Shown here piece by piece: positions 10,899 to 19,925 of a stretch of 64,000 nt of DNA. The translations under genes and the position numbers were made by a program. Each line of letters opens with the position of its first letter. Positions within the stretch are counted from its first letter, which is position 1. The stretch spans positions 1,079-65,078 of the forward strand of contig CAJXJZ010000005.1 of assembly GCA_913055745.1 (NCBI GenBank). The letters are read 5' to 3'. The notes beneath the pieces are model-generated. The model saw only the letters and a program-made list of their open reading frames with translations. It was not told the DNA's origin and did no database searches. The DNA comes from an uncultured bacterium. Its GTDB lineage: Bacteria > Hydrothermota > Hydrothermia > UBA1063 > CAJXJZ01.

Positions 10899-12197
10899 AT
10901 GATAGACGATAGTAAATTATTTAAACATCAAGGAAATGAAGGGCATGAAGATGTGATGCCCAAGGCACCAGAGAGCATAGAGGAGACGGGTCTAAAGCAG
11001 GACTTTATTGAAGAACTCATCCTTAAGTTTCTTTATTACAAAGGTACGCTTTCAGGAAGTGAACTTGAAAATTCCATAAAACTCCCTTATTTCGGCGTTC
11101 TTGATAAATCACTTAAAGAACTCAGGAACCTTACACTTGTTGATGTGAAAAGGGGTATTTCCATCATAGAAATGCAATGGGAGTTTACCCTTACTAGCAA
11201 GGGTGTAGAAAGAGCAAAAGAAGCCTTAGAGAGGAATGGATATGTAGGACCTGCACCTGTTCCACTTCATACATATTTTGATGTCTATAAAAAATACAGC
11301 AAAATCATTCCGCTTAAAAAGGAAAAGGTAAAAGAGTCCCTCCATCACTTAATTTTTGATGAGGACACACTAAGAAAAGTAGGAATAGGTTTTTTATCCT
11401 CTAAATCAGTATTTTTGTATGGTGAGCCCGGTAATGGAAAAACCTCTCTTGTTGAAGCAATCAGTAAGGTAATGGAAGGCTATGTCCTTGTTCCCTATGC
11501 AATAGAGGTATCAGGTCAGATCATAAGATTTTATGACCCCATGCACCACAAAGAGATAGATATAGGGCAGGAGGATAGATACGATAAAAGATGGATACCT
11601 ATAAAAAGGCCGTTCGTTGAGGTCGGAGGAGAACTAAGACTTGAGAATCTTGAACTTGCTTTTAACCCAGAAACTAATGAGTATCTTGCCCCACTTCAGA
11701 TGAAGGCAAATGGTGGAATTATGCTCGTAGATGACTTTGGCCGTCAACAAGTAAAACCAGAAGATCTTTTAAATAGGTGGATAGTACCTCTTGAAAAGGA
11801 AGTGGATTATTACAATCTAAGAACCGGTGAACAAATTGCCTTTCCCTTCTTAGCAAAGGTAGTCTTTTCAACAAACCTTACAGTAAGCGACCTTGTAGAC
11901 GAGGCGTTTTTAAGGAGAATTCCCTTCAAGATCCATATTAAAAATCCCACACGAGACCTCTTTATAAAGATCTTTAAAATGTACTGTGAAATGTTTGAAA
12001 TAGAGTTTGATGAGGCAAAACTCAACGATTTCATAGATAAACATTATAAGCACAGGCCTATGCGTGGTTCACATGCAAGAGACCTACTATTTTATATAAA
12101 ATCACTTGCATATTACCTTGATACAGAACCCACATTGGATTATCTTGATGAGGCAGCAAGAAACCTCTTTGCAGAAGAGGAAGAATTGGGAACATAG
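10899..12197 (+). CDS. AAA+/P-loop ATPase family protein of unknown function
   Basis: Walker A LYGEPGNGKTSL and Walker B-like IMLVDDFG. The N-terminal ~150 aa and C-terminal ~120 aa have no recognisable domain. Confidence 0.5.
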   Translation: MIDDSKLFKHQGNEGHEDVMPKAPESIEETGLKQDFIEELILKFLYYKGTLSGSELENSIKLPYFGVLDKSLKELRNLTLVDVKRGISIIEMQWEFTLTSKGVERAKEALERNGYVGPAPVPLHTYFDVYKKYSKIIPLKKEKVKESLHHLIFDEDTLRKVGIGFLSSKSVFLYGEPGNGKTSLVEAISKVMEGYVLVPYAIEVSGQIIRFYDPMHHKEIDIGQEDRYDKRWIPIKRPFVEVGGELRLENLELAFNPETNEYLAPLQMKANGGIMLVDDFGRQQVKPEDLLNRWIVPLEKEVDYYNLRTGEQIAFPFLAKVVFSTNLTVSDLVDEAFLRRIPFKIHIKNPTRDLFIKIFKMYCEMFEIEFDEAKLNDFIDKHYKHRPMRGSHARDLLFYIKSLAYYLDTEPTLDYLDEAARNLFAEEEELGT

Positions 12198-12226
12198 GAG
12201 GAAATATAACCCACACCTGATTATAC

Positions 12227-12997
12227 ATGCATATAAAGATTGCTTATTACTCTGGAAGCGGGAATACGCAGTATGTTGCACTTTTGTTGAGAAGGTTCCT
12301 ATCAAGTAAGCACAAGGTTTCCACTTTCTTTATAAAGAAAAACAAGCGGATGGACGATACTTTTGATGCACTTTTGGTGGGTACGCCTGTATATGCGTAT
12401 GATCCACCCGATATTGTGATTGATTTTATTAAGACCTTGCGTGGTAATGGTAGAAAGGCCTTTATTTTTATAACAAAGGGTCTTCTATCTGGCAATACAG
12501 GACACAAAATCGCATATTTTCTAAAAAAATCAGGATTTAAGGTTGTTGGCTCAAAGGACATTCTTATGGCAGATTCCCTCTTCATACTCCTCTCAAAAGA
12601 AGGCTCTCTTTTGCATAAAATAATGCTTATTCCGAATATCGGCATAAAAAATAGAGTGAAAAAACTATCTTTTACTATTGAAAACGCTTTTTTAAGTAAT
12701 AAAGAGATTACGCCATCAAAAAAGTTATATACGCCCATTACCTCTTTTATTGCCCATATGTTCTGGAAGAAAGAAAAAAAATGGCAACAGGCATTTTTTA
12801 GTGATGAGCGGTGTGACCTTTGTGGTGCGTGTGTTGGGCTGTGCCCTGAAAACAACATTAAAATAGAGAAGGGTAGGGTTTTGTGGGGATATGATTGCGA
12901 TTTTTGTTTAAGATGCCTGCATAGATGCCCCCAAAAAGCCATTCAGATAGGTCGTTTCACAAAAAGCAGTCCAAGATACCATGGCCCGGGATTGTGA
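12227..12997 (+). CDS. EFR1-family flavodoxin-like protein with a C-terminal 2x[4Fe-4S] ferredoxin domain
   Basis: N-terminal flavodoxin fold (IAYYSGSGNT). C-terminal CDLCGACVGLCP...CDFCLRCLHRCP cysteine clusters. Confidence 0.6.
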   Translation: MHIKIAYYSGSGNTQYVALLLRRFLSSKHKVSTFFIKKNKRMDDTFDALLVGTPVYAYDPPDIVIDFIKTLRGNGRKAFIFITKGLLSGNTGHKIAYFLKKSGFKVVGSKDILMADSLFILLSKEGSLLHKIMLIPNIGIKNRVKKLSFTIENAFLSNKEITPSKKLYTPITSFIAHMFWKKEKKWQQAFFSDERCDLCGACVGLCPENNIKIEKGRVLWGYDCDFCLRCLHRCPQKAIQIGRFTKSSPRYHGPGL

Positions 12998-13728
12998 AAT
13001 ATTTCACGCTTTCTGTTATTATACCCGCTTATAACGAAGAGAAAAGAATAAAAAATACATTGGAGGATGTACAGAGATGGATAAAAGAAAGGAAAATAGA
13101 TGCAGAGGTTATTATTGTAAATGATGGCTCCTTAGATAATACATTGAAGGTTTTAAAAGAGTTTGAAGAAAAATCCATTTTCAAGGTTATTTCCTATGAA
13201 AAGAATATGGGTAAAGGATATGCAGTAAAGGAAGGTATGCTAAATGCAAGAGGCAAGATACGGCTTTTTATGGATGCAGATAACTCTACCACAATAGACC
13301 ACTTTGACCTAATGTTGCCTTTTTTTGAAAAGGGCTACGATGTGGTAATAGGTTCAAGGCATAAAAAAGACGCAAAGGGGGCCATGCAAGTTAAAAAGCA
13401 ATTTTTCGTAAAAAGATTTATTGGAAAGGCGGGGAATTTATTGGTTAGAACGCTTCTTGACATTCCATTTTACGATACCCAATGTGGGTTTAAGGCATTC
13501 ACTGATAAATCAGCCATCATGCTTTTTGGTAACCTTAAAACCTATGGCTGGGCATTTGATATGGAAATACTCTATATGGCGATGAAGATGAACTTCAAGA
13601 TCGGTGTTATACCTGTAAAATGGTATAACAAAGAGGGAAGCAAGGTGAAATTCTTTGATTATCTAAAAACGCTGAGTGATGTATTAAGAATCAGGTTTGG
13701 CCTCCACTTAAGAGAAAAGATTCAATAA
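12925..13728 (+). CDS. Glycosyltransferase family 2 (dolichyl-phosphate beta-glucosyltransferase-like)
   Basis: VIIPAYNEEKRI...VNDGSLDNT motifs. The ATG at 12925 overlaps the upstream gene by 73 nt. The GTG at 12994 (GTGA overlap with the upstream stop) is an equally plausible start. Confidence 0.75.
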   Translation: MPPKSHSDRSFHKKQSKIPWPGIVKYFTLSVIIPAYNEEKRIKNTLEDVQRWIKERKIDAEVIIVNDGSLDNTLKVLKEFEEKSIFKVISYEKNMGKGYAVKEGMLNARGKIRLFMDADNSTTIDHFDLMLPFFEKGYDVVIGSRHKKDAKGAMQVKKQFFVKRFIGKAGNLLVRTLLDIPFYDTQCGFKAFTDKSAIMLFGNLKTYGWAFDMEILYMAMKMNFKIGVIPVKWYNKEGSKVKFFDYLKTLSDVLRIRFGLHLREKIQ

Positions 13729-14770
13729 ATGGGTCAATATCCCCATCCATTACAGCATCCACATTACCTGTCTCATAACCAGTTCTATGGTCCTTGACCA
13801 TCTTATAGGGATGCATTACATAGGACCTTATTTGATGCCCCCAGCCTATATCCCTCTTCTCTTTTTCTATATCGCCCTTTTTCTCTTTTTCCTCTTGCAA
13901 TTTTAGTTCATAGAGCCTTGACTTCAATATCTTCAATGCAGTTTGCTTGTTTTGAAATTGCGAACGTTCAGACTGGCAGGTTACAACAATACCCGTTGGA
14001 ATATGAGTGATCCTTACCGCGGTTTCATTTTTCTGCATATGCTGTCCACCAGGGCCTGATGACCTAAATGTATCAATCTTAAGTTCATCCTCTCTTATGT
14101 CAATCTCAACATCCTCAGCCTCAGGATAAACAAATACAGAGGCAAAGGATGTGTGCCTTCTTCTTGATGCATCAAATGGAGATATTCTAACAAGCCTATG
14201 AATGCCCCTTTCTGCCTTTAGATAACCATAAGCATAAGGGCCCTCAACCAGTATTGTCACATCTTTTATGCCAGCCTCATCTCCAATTTGAAGATTCAGT
14301 ATCTTATGCTTATACCCCTTTCTCTCTATCCATCTTAGGTACATACGCATGAGCATCTGTGCCCAGTCCTGCGACTCCGTACCGCCTGCTCCTGGGTGAA
14401 TGGTCAAGATGGCGTTTTTCTTATCCTCAGGGCGATTTAGGACAACTTTTACTTCAAGGCCCTTAAGTTTTTTCAAGAATGTCTCTATCTCTTTTTCATA
14501 CTCCTTAGCCAATTCCTCATCTTCATCTTTCATTTCCTCAAGTTCTATGAGATATTGAAGATGCTCATCCATTTTCTCATATTCTGTTATGTCATCAAAT
14601 AGCATTTTATACTCTATGTTGATTCCTTTTGCCCTATTTTGGTCTTTCCAAATCTCTGGGTCATTCCTGAGTTTTTCAAGCGTTGCCAAACGTTTTTTCT
14701 TCTCCTCTATCTTTGCAAAATGCTTGAGTTTTTCGTATTCTTCTTTTAAAACAGAGAGACGATTATCCAT
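13691..14770 (-). CDS. prfB: Peptide chain release factor 2, encoded as one uninterrupted ORF
   Basis: SPF tripeptide motif (RISPFDASRRRHTSFASV) and GGQ motif (SGPGGQHMQKNETAVRITHIPTG). The N-terminus is continuous, with no +1 frameshift site. Confidence 0.9.
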   Translation of the reverse strand: MDNRLSVLKEEYEKLKHFAKIEEKKKRLATLEKLRNDPEIWKDQNRAKGINIEYKMLFDDITEYEKMDEHLQYLIELEEMKDEDEELAKEYEKEIETFLKKLKGLEVKVVLNRPEDKKNAILTIHPGAGGTESQDWAQMLMRMYLRWIERKGYKHKILNLQIGDEAGIKDVTILVEGPYAYGYLKAERGIHRLVRISPFDASRRRHTSFASVFVYPEAEDVEIDIREDELKIDTFRSSGPGGQHMQKNETAVRITHIPTGIVVTCQSERSQFQNKQTALKILKSRLYELKLQEEKEKKGDIEKEKRDIGWGHQIRSYVMHPYKMVKDHRTGYETGNVDAVMDGDIDPFIESFLLSGGQT

Positions 14771-14772
14771 AC

Positions 14773-15231
14773 CTATTTTCTTGAAACAATCTCTACCTCA
14801 ACTTCGCCTTCTTTTATATTAATTTTGGAGACCTTTAAGTCTTCTGCCATATCTTTTAATGCATTATAAAGAAGTTCAGCAGGTATAACAAGTGTATCTT
14901 GCTCTATTCTTAAAGGCTTCATTCTATCACTACCAAATGTAGCAATAAAGGACTTAAGGAGTTTATTCATCTTAAATGGTACTATAATCTCTTCATCCCG
15001 TATTATTGGCGTTTTAAATTCTACACTCACAGGAACGAGACTTGAACCTTTTACAACAATATAACCTTCATGGACTTTTAAAGAAACCTCACTCATGTAA
15101 TAACTCAAAAATGGGCCTAATACATGGCGAAGAAACTCCTCTGAAAAGCGAACAGTGAAACGTCCCTCCTCTGCGATTTTGTAATATACATACGACAGAA
15201 TACCATCTATTAGTTTTTTCTTAAACGCCAT
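14773..15231 (-). CDS. Hypothetical protein (152 aa), co-operonic with DegT and prfB
   Basis: ORF tightly packed between DegT (11-nt overlap) and prfB (2-nt gap). No recognisable motifs. Confidence 0.4.
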   Translation of the reverse strand: MAFKKKLIDGILSYVYYKIAEEGRFTVRFSEEFLRHVLGPFLSYYMSEVSLKVHEGYIVVKGSSLVPVSVEFKTPIIRDEEIIVPFKMNKLLKSFIATFGSDRMKPLRIEQDTLVIPAELLYNALKDMAEDLKVSKINIKEGEVEVEIVSRK

Positions 15232-16393
15232 TGTAGAATTCCCTTATTTTTTCTACAACATATTCTTGTTCATCATCCCTTAAAAATGGATGCATTGGAA
15301 GGGCAAGCACCTTGCGAGACACCTTATCTGTTATAGGAAGTTCACCTTCTTTATATCCAAGGTCTTCAAAACACTTCTGCATATGGAGACCCATGGGATA
15401 GTATATATTCGTTCCAATGCCCTTTTCCTTCAAAAAACTCTTTAACTCGTCTCTTTTTTCTACCTTTATAACAAACTGATTCCACACATGTCGCGTAGCC
15501 TTTTTATGGACATAAGGTAGTTCAACGAACTCAGAAAGGTCAAAATCTTTAAAGAGTTTCATATAGTATGCTGCTCTTTCTGCACGTTTTTTAGTAAATT
15601 CCTCAAGATATTTGAATTTTACGAGTAAAATCGCTGCATGTATTTCATCAAGCCTTGAATTTATGCCAACATAGGTATGATGGTATTTACGGGAAGCACC
15701 ATGTACCCTGAGTATATTTATCATTTGATCTAAGTCTTCATCGTCTGTTAAAACCATCCCCCCATCCCCATATGTGCCAAGGTTTTTTGTAGGGAAAAAG
15801 GAATATATACCAAAATCACCAAATGAAGCAACCCTTTTCCCATCAAACTCCGCACCTATGGACTGAGCAGCATCCTCCACAACCATAAGATTATATCTTT
15901 TCGCTATGTCCATTATCCTATCCATCTCTGCACTTTGCCCAAAGAGATGCACCGGGATAATTGCCCTTATCTTTATCTCTTTACCCTTATGTTTTATAAT
16001 AGTTCCATCTTTCTCTTTTCTTCCTCCTTCAAGTACCTTTTCAATGCTATCTGGTGATATATTGTAGGTTTTTTCATCAATATCAACAAAAACCGGTATG
16101 CCTCCTCTCCTATATACTGCACTTGCTGTAGCAAAGAAGGTAAAGGGCGTTGTAATAACTCCTTCATTTTTCTTAATTCCAATAGCCATTTGAGTAAGTA
16201 ATAGGGCATCACTTCCAGATGCAACACCTTTGGCAAATCTCACACCTGTATAAGATGCTATCTTTTCTTCAAGTTCTTTAACATGGGGTCCTAAGATGTA
16301 ATAACCAGATGCCATTACCTTTTCTGTGGCTTTCTTTACTTCCTCTTCAATAAATTTATACTCCCTTTTTAAATCTATTTGAGGGACCTGCAT
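15221..16393 (-). CDS. DegT/DnrJ/EryC1/StrS family PLP-dependent sugar aminotransferase
   Basis: 390 aa with typical DegT family blocks (GSDALLLT, FGQSAEMD, the PLP-lysine region FFPTKNLG). Confidence 0.85.
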   Translation of the reverse strand: MQVPQIDLKREYKFIEEEVKKATEKVMASGYYILGPHVKELEEKIASYTGVRFAKGVASGSDALLLTQMAIGIKKNEGVITTPFTFFATASAVYRRGGIPVFVDIDEKTYNISPDSIEKVLEGGRKEKDGTIIKHKGKEIKIRAIIPVHLFGQSAEMDRIMDIAKRYNLMVVEDAAQSIGAEFDGKRVASFGDFGIYSFFPTKNLGTYGDGGMVLTDDEDLDQMINILRVHGASRKYHHTYVGINSRLDEIHAAILLVKFKYLEEFTKKRAERAAYYMKLFKDFDLSEFVELPYVHKKATRHVWNQFVIKVEKRDELKSFLKEKGIGTNIYYPMGLHMQKCFEDLGYKEGELPITDKVSRKVLALPMHPFLRDDEQEYVVEKIREFYNGV

Positions 16394-16697
16394 ATATCCT
16401 CCTATTTTGTATTATAATTATCAAGCAAAATAAAGAGATAAGCAAAAGGAAGTATGCCTTTAAATCTATCCCTTAAAATTGAAAGAAAGGTGAGGATAAA
16501 AAGAGGAATACAGGCAGGCATCTATTTTGTATGTATAAAGATGCACGCCTCTTTTCTTAAACTCTGGATATATCCTCTTGAAAATGAATGCACATATTAT
16601 GTTCCTGAATTACTCTTACATGCACAATTTTTGTGCATAATCCAAACTCATTTTGGCATGTAGATTGTATTATTACAGGTGAAAAAGGAGGTTTATC

Positions 16698-17471
16698 ATG
16701 AAACTCATGAGAATAGGTCCACTGCTAATCATTTTGGCATCATTTGGATGCCATAGAAAGACCTACCCACTTCTTCCACCATCTGATGTAGAGAGTATAA
16801 CAGGCGATAATAAAGTGACCCTTTTGTGGACAGATGTAGACAACCCCAATGTAGTATCCTATAGGATATACAGAAGTACAAGCCCTGATGGATATTTTGA
16901 GTTAATAGATGAGGTATCAACCAATTCTTATGTTGACCAGGATGTAGAAAACGGCATAACATATTACTATGCACTCTCCAGTGTTGATAGGTTCGGAAAT
17001 GAAAGCGACCTTACCCAATACCCCATTTTTGACACGCCAAGACCCGAAAGGCATGGACAGAGGGTTTTTGCATACTCCTATTCACACGATACCATGGGAT
17101 ATTCTGGATATCTTCTTGCAGAGTTTAGTAATGTAAATAAGGACAGTGGTGATTTTTACTTTACTTATAAAAATGCCACTCCTACGATAGTTTGCGCACC
17201 TTCAACATATATACAGGACATGGGCAAAACAAATGACTTAGCGGATATTAACTGGGCACCGGAAAACGGATGGAATGAGACAGAAAAAACGGCTTATAAC
17301 GGTCATTCTTATGTTATATGGACACAGGATAACCATTTTGCACAAATAAGAGTGTCTGAAATTACAAATGAATACATGCTCTTTGATGTAGCGTATCAAA
17401 CAGATCCTGCAAACCATGAACTCTCTATTGAAAAAAATAAAAACACCCATTTTGAGAAAACAAGGAGGTGA
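16698..17471 (+). CDS. Lipoprotein with a fibronectin type III-like domain
   Basis: AAAGGAGG RBS. Signal peptide plus lipobox (LASFGC). FN3-like block VTLLWTDV...YRIYRS...GITYYYALSSVDRFGNES. Confidence 0.55.
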   Translation: MKLMRIGPLLIILASFGCHRKTYPLLPPSDVESITGDNKVTLLWTDVDNPNVVSYRIYRSTSPDGYFELIDEVSTNSYVDQDVENGITYYYALSSVDRFGNESDLTQYPIFDTPRPERHGQRVFAYSYSHDTMGYSGYLLAEFSNVNKDSGDFYFTYKNATPTIVCAPSTYIQDMGKTNDLADINWAPENGWNETEKTAYNGHSYVIWTQDNHFAQIRVSEITNEYMLFDVAYQTDPANHELSIEKNKNTHFEKTRR

Positions 17472-17474
17472 GTC

Positions 17475-19031
17475 ATGTTCTGGACAATATTATTAGGTCT
17501 TTCCCTTCTCTCCTATGAACAAGGAGTAGGAAGGGTAAAGGTGGTTCGTGGTGATGCAATGGTTTTGCCCTATGGGGCAGATGAGTGGGAATACCTCTTT
17601 AAAAACGATGTGATAGGCGAGGGGGATATTGTTAAGACCCGTGAAAACTCAAGGGTCTTATTTGCTTTTGGAAGAGGGAATGTTGTTTCAGTAGGAGAAA
17701 ACACAAAAGTCGAAGTAAATGCCTTAGATGACAATTACAATCTTAGAATAGATGATGGCGTAATGCGGATTATGTCTAAGGACTGCGAGGGTACAGTGGA
17801 GATTATGAACACGGATGTTGATATTTATTCATACAGTACTGTAAGGGTGCAAAGACGCGGGGCTATGGCAAAGGTCTCAGTCATAAGGGGAGAGGCTATG
17901 GTGGAAAATGAAACTGTAAGGGCAGGAGAGATGGCAAGAATATATCCTGATGGCAGAATTGTCATAAGGAGAGAGTTTAATCACGACGATTTTGATAGAT
18001 GGGCTGCAGGATACGAAAGAAGATACATAGTTGTAAGGGAAGTGGAGTATATTCCAGATGATATTTACATTGGTGTTTATGACCTTGAGAACTACGGACA
18101 CTGGCGATATGTAAGTGGATATGGATGGGTGTGGATGCCAGATGTAGGTCCTGACTGGAGACCTTATTATTATGGTCATTGGGTCTTCAGGGTGCATTAT
18201 GGATGGGTATGGGTCTCCTATGAAGATTGGGGATGGGTACCGTATCACTATGGTAGATGGGCATGGGTCCCGGGTATTGGATGGGTATGGGTGCCAGGAC
18301 ACAGATGGAGAGGTGCATGGGTTGTATGGTATGAAGGTCCATCCTGGGTGTCATGGGCGCCTTTGGATCCCTACGGAAGGCCCATCGTTTACATAAACTA
18401 TCATGGAAGAAGAAGGTATGTTGCACCTGTTGTAGACTATGCGAGTTTCAGAAAACCTGTTTATCGGTATAAGCCTCCTACAAATGGCGTCTATAAAAAG
18501 CCTGTTTATAGAACCAAAAGCGTTAAACTTACCAGTGGGGCAATTAGAAAATACGAAAAGCCTGTAAATCCCATTGTCCCATCCCATATAAAACCCGTAT
18601 ATAGAAAACAGTGGAAAGACCATGCTGAGAAGATAATTAAAAACCCACAGATTGTGAAAAAGCCAATAGAAAATATTGCACATAGAAGGCATAGTGGCAT
18701 TGAAACTGGTGTAGAAAAAAACTCCCGTAATGATAGGAAACCTGTAGTAAAAAATAGGCGGAATACCACCGTAAAAAGAGAAACAAACAGTAGATATAAG
18801 CCGCATGAAAGAGAAAGTGGTTTACATAAAAGAACACATATAAAAAGGAATAAAAAAGACACGCTTATCCGCACTCCGCGAGAAAGGAAAAGGGGCTCAA
18901 CAAGGAATAGAACAAGACATATCAAAAGGAATAAGCAAGATTCGGCAATCCGAAATCCTCGTGAAAAATCCAAAAGAGGTAGAAAGGTTGATTTACCGAG
19001 GAAAAAGGTAAATAATAGAGTATCACCATGA
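17475..19031 (+). CDS. FecR-domain protein with a central Trp-rich tandem repeat and a C-terminal polybasic low-complexity repeat tail. Function unknown.
   Basis: N-terminal FecR-like fold (VVRGDAMVLPYG...VLFAFGRGNVVSVGENTKVEV). Residues ~215-300 contain >20 Trp in GW(V)W(V)P-type repeats. The C-terminus is K/R-rich with KPVYR units and two ~27-aa repeats. Confidence 0.6.
   Translation: MFWTILLGLSLLSYEQGVGRVKVVRGDAMVLPYGADEWEYLFKNDVIGEGDIVKTRENSRVLFAFGRGNVVSVGENTKVEVNALDDNYNLRIDDGVMRIMSKDCEGTVEIMNTDVDIYSYSTVRVQRRGAMAKVSVIRGEAMVENETVRAGEMARIYPDGRIVIRREFNHDDFDRWAAGYERRYIVVREVEYIPDDIYIGVYDLENYGHWRYVSGYGWVWMPDVGPDWRPYYYGHWVFRVHYGWVWVSYEDWGWVPYHYGRWAWVPGIGWVWVPGHRWRGAWVVWYEGPSWVSWAPLDPYGRPIVYINYHGRRRYVAPVVDYASFRKPVYRYKPPTNGVYKKPVYRTKSVKLTSGAIRKYEKPVNPIVPSHIKPVYRKQWKDHAEKIIKNPQIVKKPIENIAHRRHSGIETGVEKNSRNDRKPVVKNRRNTTVKRETNSRYKPHERESGLHKRTHIKRNKKDTLIRTPRERKRGSTRNRTRHIKRNKQDSAIRNPREKSKRGRKVDLPRKKVNNRVSP
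18110..18370 (+). repeat. Degenerate short tandem DNA repeats (tggatgggtatgggt-like units) encoding the Trp-rich protein repeat
   Basis: Recurrent gga tgg gta tgg gt / tgg gtc cc motifs are visible in the sequence. Antisense ORFs in this stretch are repeat artefacts. Confidence 0.5.
18826..18985 (+). repeat. Imperfect ~78-bp tandem duplication encoding the basic RTHIKRNKKD..R..RKRG / RTRHIKRNKQD..R..KRGRK repeats
   Basis: Two consecutive similar blocks at DNA and protein level (acatataaaaaggaataaaaaagac... / acatatcaaaaggaataagcaagat...). Confidence 0.45.
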
Positions 19032-19237
19032 TAAGATACTTGATCTTTTCTCTTATATTTGCTTGCCTGCCCCTTTATGCGGGGCAGGCAAGCATTAAGT
19101 ATAAGCATTCAAAAAAGGGCCTGGTAAAGAGCGTTGTTGAACTATTAAATTCAAAAAATAGGCAAGATAGCACGAAGACAAAAAAGAATAATGCAAAGAA
19201 AAAGAAACATAGAAAAAAGAAGAAGACACATAAGTAG
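19028..19237 (+). CDS. Possible small secreted lysine-rich peptide (69 aa). Doubtful.
   Basis: N-terminal signal-peptide-like segment (MIRYLIFSLIFACLPLYAG). The C-terminus is poly-K and is encoded by the same purine-rich DNA that gives the next gene's positively charged signal-peptide n-region in another frame. Confidence 0.2.
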   Translation: MIRYLIFSLIFACLPLYAGQASIKYKHSKKGLVKSVVELLNSKNRQDSTKTKKNNAKKKKHRKKKKTHK

Positions 19238-19643
19238 TATCCTTTTTATACTATTATTCGCTTTTGCTGGATGTGGTTCAAAGATGCCACCTCCTGGAAA
19301 GCCAGATATAGACCCCCCAAGTATAAAAATCACATATCCTGTGCCCTTTGATACCATAAAGGGTATTGTTAATGTAAAGTATTTATGTACAGACAAAAGC
19401 CCGGTTATGTGGGTAAAACTCTATGTGGATGGACGTATTTTTTACACGGACAGTGCCGTATCTTTCTCAATACCCTTTAAAAGTGATACCCTTTACGATG
19501 GAAAGCATAACCTCATGTTAGAGGCAAAGGATAAATGGGATAATGCCGCAAAATCCCCTATTGTTACAATTATAACGAACAATGGGAAAAAGAAGGAAGA
19601 TAAGAATGAAGGAGTGGATAGAATACATAATACAATTAGGTGA
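19191..19643 (+). CDS. Lipoprotein with an Ig-like beta-sandwich domain
   Basis: Positively charged n-region, hydrophobic core and lipobox (FAFAGC). Confidence 0.45.
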   Translation: MQRKRNIEKRRRHISSILFILLFAFAGCGSKMPPPGKPDIDPPSIKITYPVPFDTIKGIVNVKYLCTDKSPVMWVKLYVDGRIFYTDSAVSFSIPFKSDTLYDGKHNLMLEAKDKWDNAAKSPIVTIITNNGKKKEDKNEGVDRIHNTIR

Positions 19644-19917
19644 GAAGGCAAAAAAAGAATATGATGAGAGGGATTTCGTTGACCTCTGTATCATAGGCAG
19701 AAAAATGGCTGAACATCTAAATATGCTTTTAGAAAAGGAGCATATAGACCTGGACATTACTGATATATGGGATTTCTTCTCAAAATATAACGGAGAAGAG
19801 GATCTATTTAAACCCCTTCTTGCAAGCCAGTGGGGAGGTTTGCCTGACAGTAAAACAGGAGAGGAATGTATGTCATTTATAAACAAAATACTTTCCATAA
19901 CAGAGAGGCTAAGATAA
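19606..19917 (+). CDS. Hypothetical protein (~103 aa)
   Basis: AAGGAAG RBS 8 nt before the ATG at 19606 (MKEWIEYI...). The six-frame ORF starts at 19582. Confidence 0.35.
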   Translation: MKEWIEYIIQLGEKAKKEYDERDFVDLCIIGRKMAEHLNMLLEKEHIDLDITDIWDFFSKYNGEEDLFKPLLASQWGGLPDSKTGEECMSFINKILSITERLR

Positions 19918-19925
19918 AAGGTCTT

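Noticed and set aside
12247-12942. 231-aa minus-strand ORF opposite the EFR1 ferredoxin gene
   Set aside because: The plus-strand frame has clear flavodoxin and 4Fe-4S motifs. The antisense translation is low-complexity with no motifs.
18110-18370. Possible CRISPR array suggested by short tandem repeats
   Set aside because: Units are about 15 nt, degenerate, in frame and coding (Trp-Val-Trp). There are no 25-40-bp direct repeats with unique spacers and no cas genes. Not CRISPR.
17877-19108. Multiple antisense ORFs (66-200 aa) opposite the FecR/W-repeat gene
   Set aside because: They are generated by the repetitive Trp-codon and purine-rich DNA. The sense frame carries the domain signal.
19028-19237. 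69-aa Lys-rich ORF as a confident gene
   Set aside because: It is kept only as a low-confidence feature. Its C-terminal poly-K comes from the A-rich DNA that encodes the next gene's signal-peptide n-region, and it may be an artefact.
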